From NCBI GenBank assembly GCA_965250045.1, contig OZ252286.1, positions 434,355-498,354 of the forward strand: a stretch of DNA of 64,000 nucleotides, in the 5' to 3' direction. Under the pieces are notes generated by a model. It was not told the DNA's origin. It made no database searches and saw only the letters and a list, made by a program, of their open reading frames with translations. This DNA comes from Candidatus Marinacidobacterium sp. GTDB taxonomy: Bacteria > Acidobacteriota > Vicinamibacteria > Marinacidobacterales > Marinacidobacteraceae. The position numbers were made by a program, and so were the translations under genes. Positions 37,599-47,192 of the stretch are shown one piece after another (within the stretch, counting starts at the first letter, position 1; every line of letters begins with the position of its first letter).

Positions 37599-39074
37599 AT
37601 GCTCTCCCGACTCTCCCTCCTTCCACTCTTGCTTGTGCTCGCCCCAGCGGCCGCGACGCAGGACACGCCCATCTTTACCGAGGACTTCCCTGCCGCCGAG
37701 TTCCAGGCGCGCCGGCAAGCCGTCATGGACGCGATCGGACCCGGGGCGATTGCGCTACTGCAGGGGGCGCCGTCCCCGCTCGGGTACGTCCGCTTCCGGC
37801 AGACCAATTCCTTCTACTACCTGAGCGGAGTGGAGACGCCCCACGCCTACCTGGTGCTGAACGGCACGACCGGCCGCTCGTCGCTCTACCTGCCGCCGCA
37901 GGACGTCCGCCGGGAATCCTCGGAGGGACGCCTCCTGACTTCGGACGACGCGGACCTCGCCCGGGAGAAGACCGGGGTGGCCGAAGTGCACCCGAGCTGG
38001 AAGCTGAGCGACCACCTCGCCCGCCTCGCCTGGAGTCCGAATCCGCCGGTGGTCCACACCCCGCTCGCCCCCGCCGAACTCGCGGCAATGAGCCGGGATC
38101 TGGCCACCCGCGGCAACTCCGACATCGCGAATGACCCCTGGGACGGGCGCGCCTCGCGCGAAGCGACCTTCGTGTCCCGCCTCGAGGGACGGTTTCCCCG
38201 TCTTGAGATTCGCGATCTGACCCCGGTGCTCGACCGGGCGCGACTCGTGAAGAGCGAACACGAGATCGCCCTCATCACCAAGGCCACCCGCCTTTCCGGG
38301 TTCGCGCTCATGGAGGCCATGCGCTCCACCGCTCCCGGGATCTACGAACGGGAACTCGACGCCATCGGGAAGTTCCTCTTCTTCCGGGACGGCGCCCAGT
38401 CGGATGCCTACTACTCGCTGGTGGCGACCGGAACGAACGCCTGGTACCCGCACTATCACCGGGGGGCGAGCCGGCTCGAAGACGGTGACCTGATCCTGAT
38501 GGACTACGCCCCCGACATCGGCTACTACACGAGCGACGTGACCCGCATGTGGCCGGTGAACGGGGTCTTCAACGAGTGGCAGCGCGATCTCTACGGTTTC
38601 TATCTCGCCTGCTACCAGGCGATCCTCGACGCCATCCGGCCCGGCGACGTGGCGACGGTGATGGGGGAGGCAGCCACCCGCATGGAGGAGATCGTGCGGG
38701 ATTGGCCGTTCACGAAACCCCACTACCGGCCGGCGGCGGAAGCCTTCGTGGCCGCCTACCGCCGCCGCGCCGCCGGGCGTCCGAACGGGGTGGGTCACGG
38801 CGTGGGGATGGCGGTCCACGATGTCGGCAATGCGGACGGGACGCTCACCCCGGGCATGGTGTTCACCATCGAGCCGCAGTTCCGGGTGCCCGGGGACCGG
38901 ATCTACATCCGGCTCGAAGACGTCATCCTTGTCACCGAAGACGGCGCCGAGAACATCTCGGAGTTCCTTCCGATGGAGATGGACGCCATCGAGGCCCTGA
39001 TGGCCGAGCCCGGGCTGCTGGATCGCTACCCGAGTCCGCTCGACGCCTTCCCGGACCCCGGCGGACTGCGGTGA
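37599..39074 (+). CDS. secreted Xaa-Pro aminopeptidase / prolidase (peptidase M24B)
   Basis: Signal peptide MLSRLSLLPLLLVLAPAAA. M24 metal-ligand region DIGYYTSDVTRMWPVNG, GHGVGMAVHD, FTIEP. Confidence 0.8.
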   Translation: MLSRLSLLPLLLVLAPAAATQDTPIFTEDFPAAEFQARRQAVMDAIGPGAIALLQGAPSPLGYVRFRQTNSFYYLSGVETPHAYLVLNGTTGRSSLYLPPQDVRRESSEGRLLTSDDADLAREKTGVAEVHPSWKLSDHLARLAWSPNPPVVHTPLAPAELAAMSRDLATRGNSDIANDPWDGRASREATFVSRLEGRFPRLEIRDLTPVLDRARLVKSEHEIALITKATRLSGFALMEAMRSTAPGIYERELDAIGKFLFFRDGAQSDAYYSLVATGTNAWYPHYHRGASRLEDGDLILMDYAPDIGYYTSDVTRMWPVNGVFNEWQRDLYGFYLACYQAILDAIRPGDVATVMGEAATRMEEIVRDWPFTKPHYRPAAEAFVAAYRRRAAGRPNGVGHGVGMAVHDVGNADGTLTPGMVFTIEPQFRVPGDRIYIRLEDVILVTEDGAENISEFLPMEMDAIEALMAEPGLLDRYPSPLDAFPDPGGLR

Positions 39075-39216
39075 ATCTGCCAGTCCATCCGTATTGTATT
39101 TCGTTCCGGCCAGTAGAATAAAATACAATTAGGTTGTCCGATACTAGGAGCGGGCCACCGCGAGGTATGACAATTCATATTGCGAGATATTCCTCTTAAT
39201 GGAAGGAAACGCAATA
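39075..39216 (+). promoter_or_regulatory. AT-rich (about 40% GC) promoter/operator region upstream of abiEi, with the inverted repeat ATTGTATTT-N19-AAATACAAT
   Basis: Sharp GC drop relative to the flanks. Inverted-repeat arms at 39093-39101 and 39121-39129. SD GGAAGGAAA lies before the ATG at 39217. Confidence 0.5.
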
Positions 39217-40041
39217 ATGTTATCCAGCACCGCCACTGGACAGGGGATCACTGCCCGCAATCGGCAGCGGCTCGCCGGGCTGCTCCGGGGGGTCGAGGGG
39301 CCGTTCACGGTCGGGGACGCGTCCGAAGTCCTGGACGCCGACGTGGCCCGCACCCGGCGGTTCCTTGCCTACCTGGCCGCGCGGGGCTGGCTCATCCGGA
39401 TCCGGTCCGGCATCTACGACCGGGCGCCACTCGAAGCCGCCGGTCCCGTCGGTCGGGAGCGAATGTGGGCCAAGGCATACCGGATCTTCGCCCCCTGCTA
39501 CCTCGGGGGCTTCACCGCCGCGTCCTACTGGGGTCTGACGGAACAGTTCTTCCGCAATGTGATGGTGCTCAGCACCCGGTGGACCCGGAATCGCCGACCC
39601 ACAATCCAGGGCGTGCAGTACGAGGTCAAGGTAATCGCCCCGAAGCGGCTGTTCGGCACCCGGTTGGGTTGGGACGAGGATCTGAGGGTCGAGTTCTCGG
39701 ACCCGGCCCGCACCATCGTGGACACCCTGGACGATCCTGCGATTGGCGGCGGCATACGACAAGTGGCAGACACGGTCCAGAACTTCTTTCTGTTCGCGGA
39801 ACTGCGAAACGACGAGCGCCTGCTCGAGTACATCGCGCGGTTCGGCAACCGGTCACTCTACAAGCGGCTCGGCTACCTGATCGAGAAACTGGAGATCGAT
39901 GCGCCCGAGGTGCTGGAGACCTGCGCGCGGCGTATGAGTCAGGGAGTCGTCCGCCTCTATCCTGGCGGTCCCGATATCGGGCGGCCGGTGAAGCGTTGGC
40001 GGCTGATCGTGAACTCCACCATCGCCCCCCACGACTCATGA
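39217..40041 (+). CDS. abiEi: AbiEi-family antitoxin / transcriptional regulator (type IV TA, abortive infection)
   Basis: N-terminal wHTH (FTVGDASEVLDADVARTRRFLAYLAARGWLIRIRSGIY) plus the COG5340-like C-terminal domain. 4-bp overlap with the downstream NTase. Confidence 0.8.
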   Translation: MLSSTATGQGITARNRQRLAGLLRGVEGPFTVGDASEVLDADVARTRRFLAYLAARGWLIRIRSGIYDRAPLEAAGPVGRERMWAKAYRIFAPCYLGGFTAASYWGLTEQFFRNVMVLSTRWTRNRRPTIQGVQYEVKVIAPKRLFGTRLGWDEDLRVEFSDPARTIVDTLDDPAIGGGIRQVADTVQNFFLFAELRNDERLLEYIARFGNRSLYKRLGYLIEKLEIDAPEVLETCARRMSQGVVRLYPGGPDIGRPVKRWRLIVNSTIAPHDS

Positions 40042-40868
40042 TTTCCAGGGCGCGCCTCCGACTCGGCGCGCAGGAGTGGGGTGTCGGGGATGTTGTCGTG
40101 GAGAACGACTATGTCCTCGGCTGGCTGCTGTGGGGAATCGGCTCCGACCCAACGCTCCGGGAGCAGTGGGTGTTCAAGGGCGGGACCTGCCTCAAGAAGT
40201 GCTACATCAGCGACCATCGGTTTTCCCAGGATCTCGACTTCACCGTCCGGAAGGGTGGTCCTGTCGCCCCTGAAGCGGTGCTCCCGATTCTGCGGCTGCT
40301 GCTGCAGCGAGTGAGCGATGCTTCCGGACTCGACTTCGCCGTCGCCGAACCCCGGTTGGACCTCCACCGGGGAAGGAACTTCGCCCGGGGCCGCATCTAC
40401 TACACCGGTCCGCGCCGCGCCCGCATGCCGACCCGGCTGATTCTGGATCTCAGCGGCGAGGAACTCCTCGTCGTGGAGCCGGAATGGAGAACTGTGCTCC
40501 ATGACTACGGAGACAAGCTTCCCCCGCCGGCGACGGTGCTGTGCTACCCGCTGGTCGAAGTATTCGCGGAGAAGATCCGCGCAATGGGAGAGCGGGGACG
40601 CCCGCGGGACCTCTACGACCTCGTCAGCGTGTTCCTCAGACCGGAGGTTCGGCCCGACCCGGCGGAGGTCCGACCGGTGCTGGCGCGGAAGTGCGCGCAC
40701 AAAGGGATTCCGGTTCCGAACCTCGACTCCGTCCGCGCTGCAGAGACGCTGGCCGAACTGAAGTCCGAGTGGAGGCACATGCTGGACCGACAGATGGCCG
40801 TGGTCCCCTCGCTCGACGACACGTGGGGCGAACTCCCGGCCCTCTTCCGCTGGCTTAACAGCCTGTGA
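40038..40868 (+). CDS. abiEii: AbiEii/AbiGii-family nucleotidyltransferase toxin (DUF1814)
   Basis: NDYVLGWLLWGIGSDP...WVFKGGTCLKKCY...RFSQDLDFTV matches the AbiEii NTase core (GG-x-n-DxD). 276 aa. Confidence 0.85.
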   Translation: MISRARLRLGAQEWGVGDVVVENDYVLGWLLWGIGSDPTLREQWVFKGGTCLKKCYISDHRFSQDLDFTVRKGGPVAPEAVLPILRLLLQRVSDASGLDFAVAEPRLDLHRGRNFARGRIYYTGPRRARMPTRLILDLSGEELLVVEPEWRTVLHDYGDKLPPPATVLCYPLVEVFAEKIRAMGERGRPRDLYDLVSVFLRPEVRPDPAEVRPVLARKCAHKGIPVPNLDSVRAAETLAELKSEWRHMLDRQMAVVPSLDDTWGELPALFRWLNSL

Positions 40869-41130
40869 TGAAACCCACGCGGCCCAGTTCTCCCGGTGGG
40901 GGCTCGGCCGGCGATCCATCCCGGCCAAACAGCCGGTGGCGGAGCCCACGCGGCGTTCGGCCGGCGATCCATCCCGGCTGGACCGCGTCGCTGCGCGCCG
41001 CTCATCGTTGCGTTTCGGTCGGAATACACTCGGTATTCCTCCCTCACGCGCCTTGCCAGCCGGGCGCCTCGCCCCCACCGGGAGGACTGGCCGGCCTCGG
41101 CGCTCACGCGGGTTCCACCACAGGCTGTTG
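40856..41130. repeat. Family-A MITE-like element (composite copy with nested partial duplications)
   Basis: TAACAGCCTGTGATGAAACCCACGCGGCCCAGTTCTCCCGGTGGGGGC...GGTTCCACCACAGGCTGTTG. Contains two GGCGATCCATCCCGGC modules. Confidence 0.75.
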
Positions 41131-41521
41131 AGCCGGAGAAGTGTTGACACCCGCCCGGCAGCGGCGCCGGGCTGGCGAAGGGGGCCGCTCCGACCTCAGC
41201 CGGCCGGGTCCGCCCAATCCGCAGCGATAGAGATCGGGTGTCCCGCATGCAGACGGCGGAGGCAGTCGGTCGCCGGCAGGCAAAGTGCGCCGGCGATCAG
41301 TAAACGGCGCGTTCCCCGATAGTCGGCCCACGCGCAAAGGTGCTCGGCCACCAGTCCTTCCAAGGCGGCGCCCTCAATCTCGCTGAGACGGTCAAGCGCA
41401 CCGGCCGGACGTGACGGCATTTCAGCATCTGTTCCGCCACTTTGACGATCAAGATGGCATGCCGAATGCCGAAATACCCTTCTCACGCCTCATTGGCGCG
41501 AGAACCGAGGTCCTCCGCGCG

Positions 41522-42139
41522 CTACTGACCGTTCCTGGCCAGATACGCCCGCGACGCCTCCGCGTCCTGCAGCGGCACCACCTTGTCCGGATCCACCCGG
41601 ACCATGAGGTAGGTAATGTGGTCCTCGATCCGCGTGAACTGATGGCCGGTCCCGGCGGGAACGACCAGCATGTCGCCGGCGGTGAGCTCGAAGGTCACCC
41701 CGTCCCGCACCGCGGCGGCGTTATTTCCCGGCCCGTTCAGGAACTGCACCGCCCGGTTGTCGGCCGGGCGCCGGCGCTTGTCCACGAGGTCCGGCCCGGT
41801 GAGGTTCGTTCCCGAGCCGCTGAGCACGTAATACACCTCGGTCACCAGATCGTGTTCGGCGACCGAGTGAGGCCGCGGCGCCTCGAGGGCGCCCCGCTTC
41901 ACGAGTGCGATCTGGACGTTGGCCTTGCCGATGTCGAGGGACCGGACCTGCAGGTCGGTCAGCCCGGTGGCGTCGGCGACCCGCTCGTAGGCCTCGAGCT
42001 CCTCGGCGGGGACGAAGTCCGCATCGCACATGTCGCAGCTCGGGGCGGGACCCGGATCCTGGGCGCCGCCGGAGATCCGTCCGAGGGCGAAAGCCGCCGC
42101 CACCGCCACTGCGCAGACCCCAAGGGTTCGCCTGTTCAT
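41522..42139 (-). CDS. secreted cupin-domain protein
   Basis: Signal peptide MNRRTLGVCAVAVAAAFALG. Cupin-like beta-barrel motifs (HSVAEHDLVTEVYYVLSGSG...GHQF). Confidence 0.7.
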   Translation of the reverse strand: MNRRTLGVCAVAVAAAFALGRISGGAQDPGPAPSCDMCDADFVPAEELEAYERVADATGLTDLQVRSLDIGKANVQIALVKRGALEAPRPHSVAEHDLVTEVYYVLSGSGTNLTGPDLVDKRRRPADNRAVQFLNGPGNNAAAVRDGVTFELTAGDMLVVPAGTGHQFTRIEDHITYLMVRVDPDKVVPLQDAEASRAYLARNGQ

Positions 42140-42342
42140 GATTCGCTCCTTCCCGCAAGGGCTTCGGATTTCACCAGCGAGAGCCGGGCACGCCGGCCCG
42201 GTCGGGCTCCCGATCGCCGCGGCACCCGCTTCCTGCGGATCATGTCCGATCGAGTCACGTGATTCTCGGGAACGGCCCGGCGTGACGCGCGTTCTGACTT
42301 GGGCGACAATCCGCGCGGTACACGAGGGATAGACCGGCCACC

Positions 42343-44835
42343 ATGCTCCATGAATTCGCCGAGGCGCTGAAGAGCCTTTCCAAGCGGCCGGGGTTCGCCC
42401 TGCTCGTGTGCGTTCCCCTCGCCCTCGGCATCGGGGCGACCTCGACCGTTTTCTCGGCGGTATATGGCGTCTTGCTCAAGGCTCCGGCGTACGACGAGCC
42501 CGAGCGTCTGGTGCAGGTGTGGGAGCGGCGCCCGCGGCTACCGATGCCGGACGAGGTGGCGGCCTTTTCGACCGACCACTTCCGGGAGTGGCGGGACGCC
42601 AACACCGTCTTCGACGGGATGGCGATGTACGGCGACCGGCCGGTCGCCTACCGCGGGCTCGCCGGAATGCCCGGGGAGCCGCGCCCCCTCTTCGCCGAAC
42701 AGGTCTCGCCGGAACTCTTCGAGATCCTGGGCGTTTCGCCGCACCCTGGTCGCGCCTTCCGTCCCGAAGAAGCGACACCGGGACGCGACGCGGTGGTCAT
42801 CCTCGGTCACGCCTTCTGGACGCGGGAGTTCGGCGGCGACCCGGCGGTCGTCGGCGAAATGCTGCGCCTGGACGACCGCAATTTCGAAGTCATCGGAATC
42901 GCGCCGCGCGACTTCGGGTTTCCGATTCCGACCACCGAGATCTACCTCCCCTACCCGACGCGGCCAGCCGCCAATCTTCAGCCGGGGCAGGTTCGGCTCG
43001 AACTCGTGCAGGTGGTCGGCCGGCTTCGGGACGGCATCAGCATCGAGCAGGCGGAAGCCGAAGCGGCGGCGCTGATTGCCCGGCTGAGCGAGGAAAGCGA
43101 AATCCAGCGCATGATGAACGAAGGGGTGACGGTGCACCTGAGTTCGTTCACCGAACGATCCACCCGGCGCATCCGCCAACCGCTCATCGCGCTCTTCGGG
43201 GTGACGCTGCTCGTTCTGCTCATCGTGTGCGGCAACGTGGCCAACCTCCTGCTCACCCGGGCCGCCTGGCGGCAGCGCGAACTGGCAGTGCGGAGCGCCC
43301 TGGGCGCCGGCCGCTCGCGGCTGCTCAAGCGGCTGTTCGCGGAGAGCGTGCTGCTCGCCGGCGCGGCGGGGACGCTGGGGGTGCTGCTGGCCGTGGTTGG
43401 GGCCAGAATCGTTCGTTCGCTCACCGTTTTGGGCCTGCCGCAACTGGCGGCCGCCGGCGTGGACGCCCGCGTCATCGCCTTCACCTTCGGGATCGCCGGC
43501 CTGGCGGCCCTGGTGTTCGGAACGCTGCCGGCGCTGCGCGCCTCTTCCCGGGATCCCTCAGCGGCCCTCGACGCTTCGGCCCGCGGCGAGTCCACCGCCC
43601 TGGGCGGCAGCACACGTGGCGTAGGGCGCCGCGGACTGTTCGCCGCCCTCCAACTGGCCCTGGCGCTGCCGCTCTTGATCGGAGCGGGACTGCTGACCAA
43701 GAGCTTCCTGGCTCTCGTCAGCGCGCCACCCGGCTATGAACCCGCGAACACCGCGGTCTTCGAAGTACAGCTCGCGGCCAGCCGGTATCCGGATGCGGAA
43801 GCACAGACGGCGGTCCTCGACCGCATCCGCGAGTCGCTGGCCGCGATTCCGGGGGTGAACCAGGCCGGCATCGTGGACACCCTGCCGCTGAGCGGCGAAC
43901 GCGCGGTAATCGGCTTCCAGCGGATCAGCGAGGATCCGATCACCGACCCCAACCAGGTTCCCCGGGCCCTGCTCCGCCGGGTCTCGCCCGGGTATTTCCG
44001 CGCCATGGGCATTCCCCTGCGCGAGGGACGGGTGTTCGAGCAGACGGACCGCGCCAACCCGGCCGGGGTATCCGTCGTGAACCAGAGCCTCGTCGAGCGC
44101 TACCTCTCCGATCCGCCCGTGGGTCTGGAACTGCGGGGTCTGGGCGAGATCGTCGGCGTGGTCGGCGACGTGTACGAAGAAGGCGCGGACAGTCCGCCGG
44201 AACCGATCCTCTACCGCCTGATCGGGGATCCCCGGATACCCGCCCCCCGTGAGGTGACCAACATGAGCGTGGTCCTCCGCCATGCGGCCGGCGCCTCGGT
44301 GATGCAGACGGCGGCGGCGCGACTCAAGGAAGTGGATCCCGAACTCGCCGCCCTGAACCCACGTACTCTCGGGGACCGCATCCGCGAATCGGTTGCGCAG
44401 CCCCGGCTCTACGCGCTCCTCCTCGGCGCCTTTGCCATCGCCGCGGCCCTCCTCGCCGCCTGGGGTGTCTTCGGGGTGGTCGGCTTTCAGGCGAACGCCC
44501 GCATTCCGGCGCACGGCGTACGGATGGCGTTCGGCGCCACGCCTACGGACATCCGCCGCCTGGTTCTCGGGGACGCCCTGCGGATCGCCGCGCTCGGTCT
44601 CCTGCCGGGGCTTTTCCTGGTCTTCTTCCTGGTGCGCATCGCCCGCAGCGAGCTGAGCCCGCTCCTCTTCCAGGTCACCCCGCTGGACCCCGCCGTGTAC
44701 GTCCTGGTCCCGCTCCTGCTCCTGGTGGCGGTAGTCGCGGCCGCCCTCCAGCCGGCCGCCACCGCCGCCCGCCTCGACGTGGTGCAGGCGCTCAGGTCCG
44801 AACATCCGCGGCCCATGAGAAGCTGGTTCGCCTGA
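42343..44835 (+). CDS. ADOP-family ABC transporter permease (duplicated FtsX domains, MacB-like periplasmic domain)
   Basis: 830 aa. N-terminal MLHEFAEALKSLSKRPGFALLVCVPLALGIGATSTVFSAV. Two FtsX-like 4-TM modules. Confidence 0.85.
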   Translation: MLHEFAEALKSLSKRPGFALLVCVPLALGIGATSTVFSAVYGVLLKAPAYDEPERLVQVWERRPRLPMPDEVAAFSTDHFREWRDANTVFDGMAMYGDRPVAYRGLAGMPGEPRPLFAEQVSPELFEILGVSPHPGRAFRPEEATPGRDAVVILGHAFWTREFGGDPAVVGEMLRLDDRNFEVIGIAPRDFGFPIPTTEIYLPYPTRPAANLQPGQVRLELVQVVGRLRDGISIEQAEAEAAALIARLSEESEIQRMMNEGVTVHLSSFTERSTRRIRQPLIALFGVTLLVLLIVCGNVANLLLTRAAWRQRELAVRSALGAGRSRLLKRLFAESVLLAGAAGTLGVLLAVVGARIVRSLTVLGLPQLAAAGVDARVIAFTFGIAGLAALVFGTLPALRASSRDPSAALDASARGESTALGGSTRGVGRRGLFAALQLALALPLLIGAGLLTKSFLALVSAPPGYEPANTAVFEVQLAASRYPDAEAQTAVLDRIRESLAAIPGVNQAGIVDTLPLSGERAVIGFQRISEDPITDPNQVPRALLRRVSPGYFRAMGIPLREGRVFEQTDRANPAGVSVVNQSLVERYLSDPPVGLELRGLGEIVGVVGDVYEEGADSPPEPILYRLIGDPRIPAPREVTNMSVVLRHAAGASVMQTAAARLKEVDPELAALNPRTLGDRIRESVAQPRLYALLLGAFAIAAALLAAWGVFGVVGFQANARIPAHGVRMAFGATPTDIRRLVLGDALRIAALGLLPGLFLVFFLVRIARSELSPLLFQVTPLDPAVYVLVPLLLLVAVVAAALQPAATAARLDVVQALRSEHPRPMRSWFA

Positions 44836-44931
44836 CGGCATTTGCGCCTACGGTGCGAACTCCTCCGGGGAACACCTGGGGGGAACGGTCGTAGAAATAG
44901 GCGGATGGAGAACAGGTTAGGATTGATCTAA

Positions 44932-46449
44932 TTGCCGAAATTCCCACGCCGTTGGCGTCTCCTGGCCGGACTGGGAATTGCGGGGGTCCTGACCCTCTAC
45001 CGGGTTGGGTCCGACACCCCGGAAGAGTCTGACGAAGAAAGAGCGGAGGCGGAGAGCATCGTCTCACCCTGTCCTCCCGGCGAAGGCGTGGAAGGTGGAC
45101 TCTGCGGAACGCTTGAGGTCCCGGAGGACCGGGCGAACCCCGAGGGAAGGAAGATCCCGCTGAACATCCTCGTGGTGCCAGCCGCCGAGCAGGGCGGCGA
45201 GCCGGACCCGGTGTTCTTCCTGGCCGGGGGGCCGGGACAGGCGGCCACCGAGCTCGCCGCTCTCCTCCGGCGGGCCGTTCCGGATCTGTTCCTCCGCCGG
45301 GACTTCGTGTTCGTGGACCAACGGGGGACTGGAGACTCCAATCCGCTGACCTGCGACTTCCTCGAGGAGCGGGTCACTTACTTCGACAGCGTTCCCGAAG
45401 AGTTGTCGGAAGAGGACTGGAGGGAGTGCCTCGACTCGCTGGAAGCGGACCCGGAGCACTACACGACGCCCGTCGCCATGGACGATCTCGAAGAAGTGCG
45501 GGTGGCTCTCGGCTACGGACCCATCAATGTCTGGGGCGGCTCCTACGGCACCCGCGCGGCCACCGTCTTCCTCCGGCGCCACCCGGAGAGCGTCCGCACG
45601 GTGATTCTCGACGGCGTGGCCCCGGTGGACATGCGGATCCCGCTGCACTTCGCGGAGGACGGCCAGCGGGCCCTGACCCTGCTCATCGAATCCTGCGCCG
45701 CGGACGCCGCGTGCAAAGCACGCTTTCCGGACCTCGGGAATTCCATCGAGACGCTGCTCGCGAGCCTCGATCAGGATCCGCCCCCGCGCTACCGCGTCCG
45801 CCATCCCCGGACCGGGGATTGGCAGGAGATCTCCATCGGACGCGAACTGGTGGCCGGGGTGTTGCGGGCCGTGCTCTACAACCCGACGAGCACCTCGGTC
45901 ATCCCGCTGATGATCGAGAGCGCGCTCGACGGCGACTTCGGCCCCATGCTGGTGTTCGCCGATCCGGTCGCGGGGCCCCAACTCGCCATCGGCATGTTCC
46001 TCTCGGTGTTGTGCGCCGAGGACATCCCCTTCCTGACCACGGACGAAGCGGCGCAGGCTGCCGAGGAGAGTTTCCTTGACGCGCTGATGGCCGAGCAGAT
46101 GCAGGAGGCGTGCGCCGTTTGGCCGCGCGGCGAAATCCCGCCCGGCTACCGGGAGCCCGTCGAGTCCGAAGCGCCCGTGCTGATCATGTCCGGTGAACTG
46201 GATCCGGTGACCCCACCGCGTTGGGGGGACCATGCCGCCGCCACGCTCCCGAATTCCCGGCATCTCATCGTCCCGGGTACGGGGCACGGCACGATGATGG
46301 CCGGCTGCGTTCCCGAACTGATCGGGGAGTTCCTCGATTCCGCCGATCCCGCCGCCCTGGACGCCGATTGCCTGTCCGGCATCTCCCGGCCTCCTTTCTG
46401 GAAGTCGGCAACCGGCCCCGGCGCTCCGAAATCGGATTCCCAGCCGTGA
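44932..46449 (+). CDS. alpha/beta hydrolase (TAP-like / prolyl aminopeptidase-like). TTG start.
   Basis: FFLAGGPGQAAT oxyanion region. Nucleophile elbow GGSYG. C-terminal TAP domain. Confidence 0.8.
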   Translation: MPKFPRRWRLLAGLGIAGVLTLYRVGSDTPEESDEERAEAESIVSPCPPGEGVEGGLCGTLEVPEDRANPEGRKIPLNILVVPAAEQGGEPDPVFFLAGGPGQAATELAALLRRAVPDLFLRRDFVFVDQRGTGDSNPLTCDFLEERVTYFDSVPEELSEEDWRECLDSLEADPEHYTTPVAMDDLEEVRVALGYGPINVWGGSYGTRAATVFLRRHPESVRTVILDGVAPVDMRIPLHFAEDGQRALTLLIESCAADAACKARFPDLGNSIETLLASLDQDPPPRYRVRHPRTGDWQEISIGRELVAGVLRAVLYNPTSTSVIPLMIESALDGDFGPMLVFADPVAGPQLAIGMFLSVLCAEDIPFLTTDEAAQAAEESFLDALMAEQMQEACAVWPRGEIPPGYREPVESEAPVLIMSGELDPVTPPRWGDHAAATLPNSRHLIVPGTGHGTMMAGCVPELIGEFLDSADPAALDADCLSGISRPPFWKSATGPGAPKSDSQP

Positions 46450-47192
46450 TCGAGGCCTCCGGTCTCAGGAAGACCTTCGGCAGCGTCGTGGCCGTGGAGG
46501 ACGTGAGCTTTCGCGCCGAAGACGGGCAGATCACCGGGCTCCTCGGTCCCAATGGGGCCGGGAAGTCCACCACCCTGCGGATGCTCTACGGCCTGATGGC
46601 GCCGGAGGCGGGCGACGTCACGGTGGATGGGGTGCACGTCCAACGGGAAACAATGGCCGCGCAGGAGCGAATCGGAGCCCTTCCGGACTCGCACTCCCTC
46701 TACCCGCGGCTGACCGGCCGCGAGAACATCCGCTACTTCGCACAGCTTCGCCGTATTCCGCGAGACGAAGCCGAGGCCCGGATCGCGGAGTTCGTCCGGC
46801 TGCTGGAGATGGACGACTTCGTGGATCGGCGGGCAAAGGGCTATTCCCACGGAGAACGCTCGCGGGTGCTGCTCGCCCGGGCGCTGGTCCACGAGCCCCG
46901 GAACATTCTCCTCGACGAGCCGACAAACGGGCTGGACGTGATGAGCACCCGGCGCATGCGGGACCTGATCCGCGAGCTTCGGGCGCGGGGCTGCGCGGTG
47001 CTCTTTTCGAGCCACATCATGCAGGAGGTGTCCCTCCTCTGCGACCGGATCGTGCTCATCGCTGCCGGCCGGGTGGTCGCCGCAGGGTCCCCCGACGCGA
47101 TCCGCCACACGGCAGGCTGTGAGGACCTCGAAGACGCCTTCGTCAGCCTCACCGGCCTCGGCGCTCACCCGGGTTCCACCACAGGCTGCTAG
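46446..47192 (+). CDS. ABC transporter ATP-binding protein
   Basis: Walker A GPNGAGKST, signature YSHGERSRV, Walker B ILLDEPT. The last 15 codons (SLTGLGAHPGSTTGC-stop) are encoded by a family-A repeat fragment. Confidence 0.9.
   Translation: MIEASGLRKTFGSVVAVEDVSFRAEDGQITGLLGPNGAGKSTTLRMLYGLMAPEAGDVTVDGVHVQRETMAAQERIGALPDSHSLYPRLTGRENIRYFAQLRRIPRDEAEARIAEFVRLLEMDDFVDRRAKGYSHGERSRVLLARALVHEPRNILLDEPTNGLDVMSTRRMRDLIRELRARGCAVLFSSHIMQEVSLLCDRIVLIAAGRVVAAGSPDAIRHTAGCEDLEDAFVSLTGLGAHPGSTTGC
47147..47191. repeat. Family-A right-end fragment (CTCACCGGCCTCGGCGCTCACCCGGGTTCCACCACAGGCTGCTAG) fused to the ABC ATPase 3' end
   Basis: Identical to the ends of the copies at 21936-22073 and 32155-32373. 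Supplies the TAG stop. The GTG start of the next gene follows 1 nt later. Confidence 0.8.

Noticed and set aside
39180-40037. 562-aa ORF 39180..40868 as a single gene
   Set aside because: The upstream 286 codons overlap abiEi in another frame with junk composition. The AbiEii homology starts at the ATG at 40038, which overlaps the abiEi stop (ATGA).
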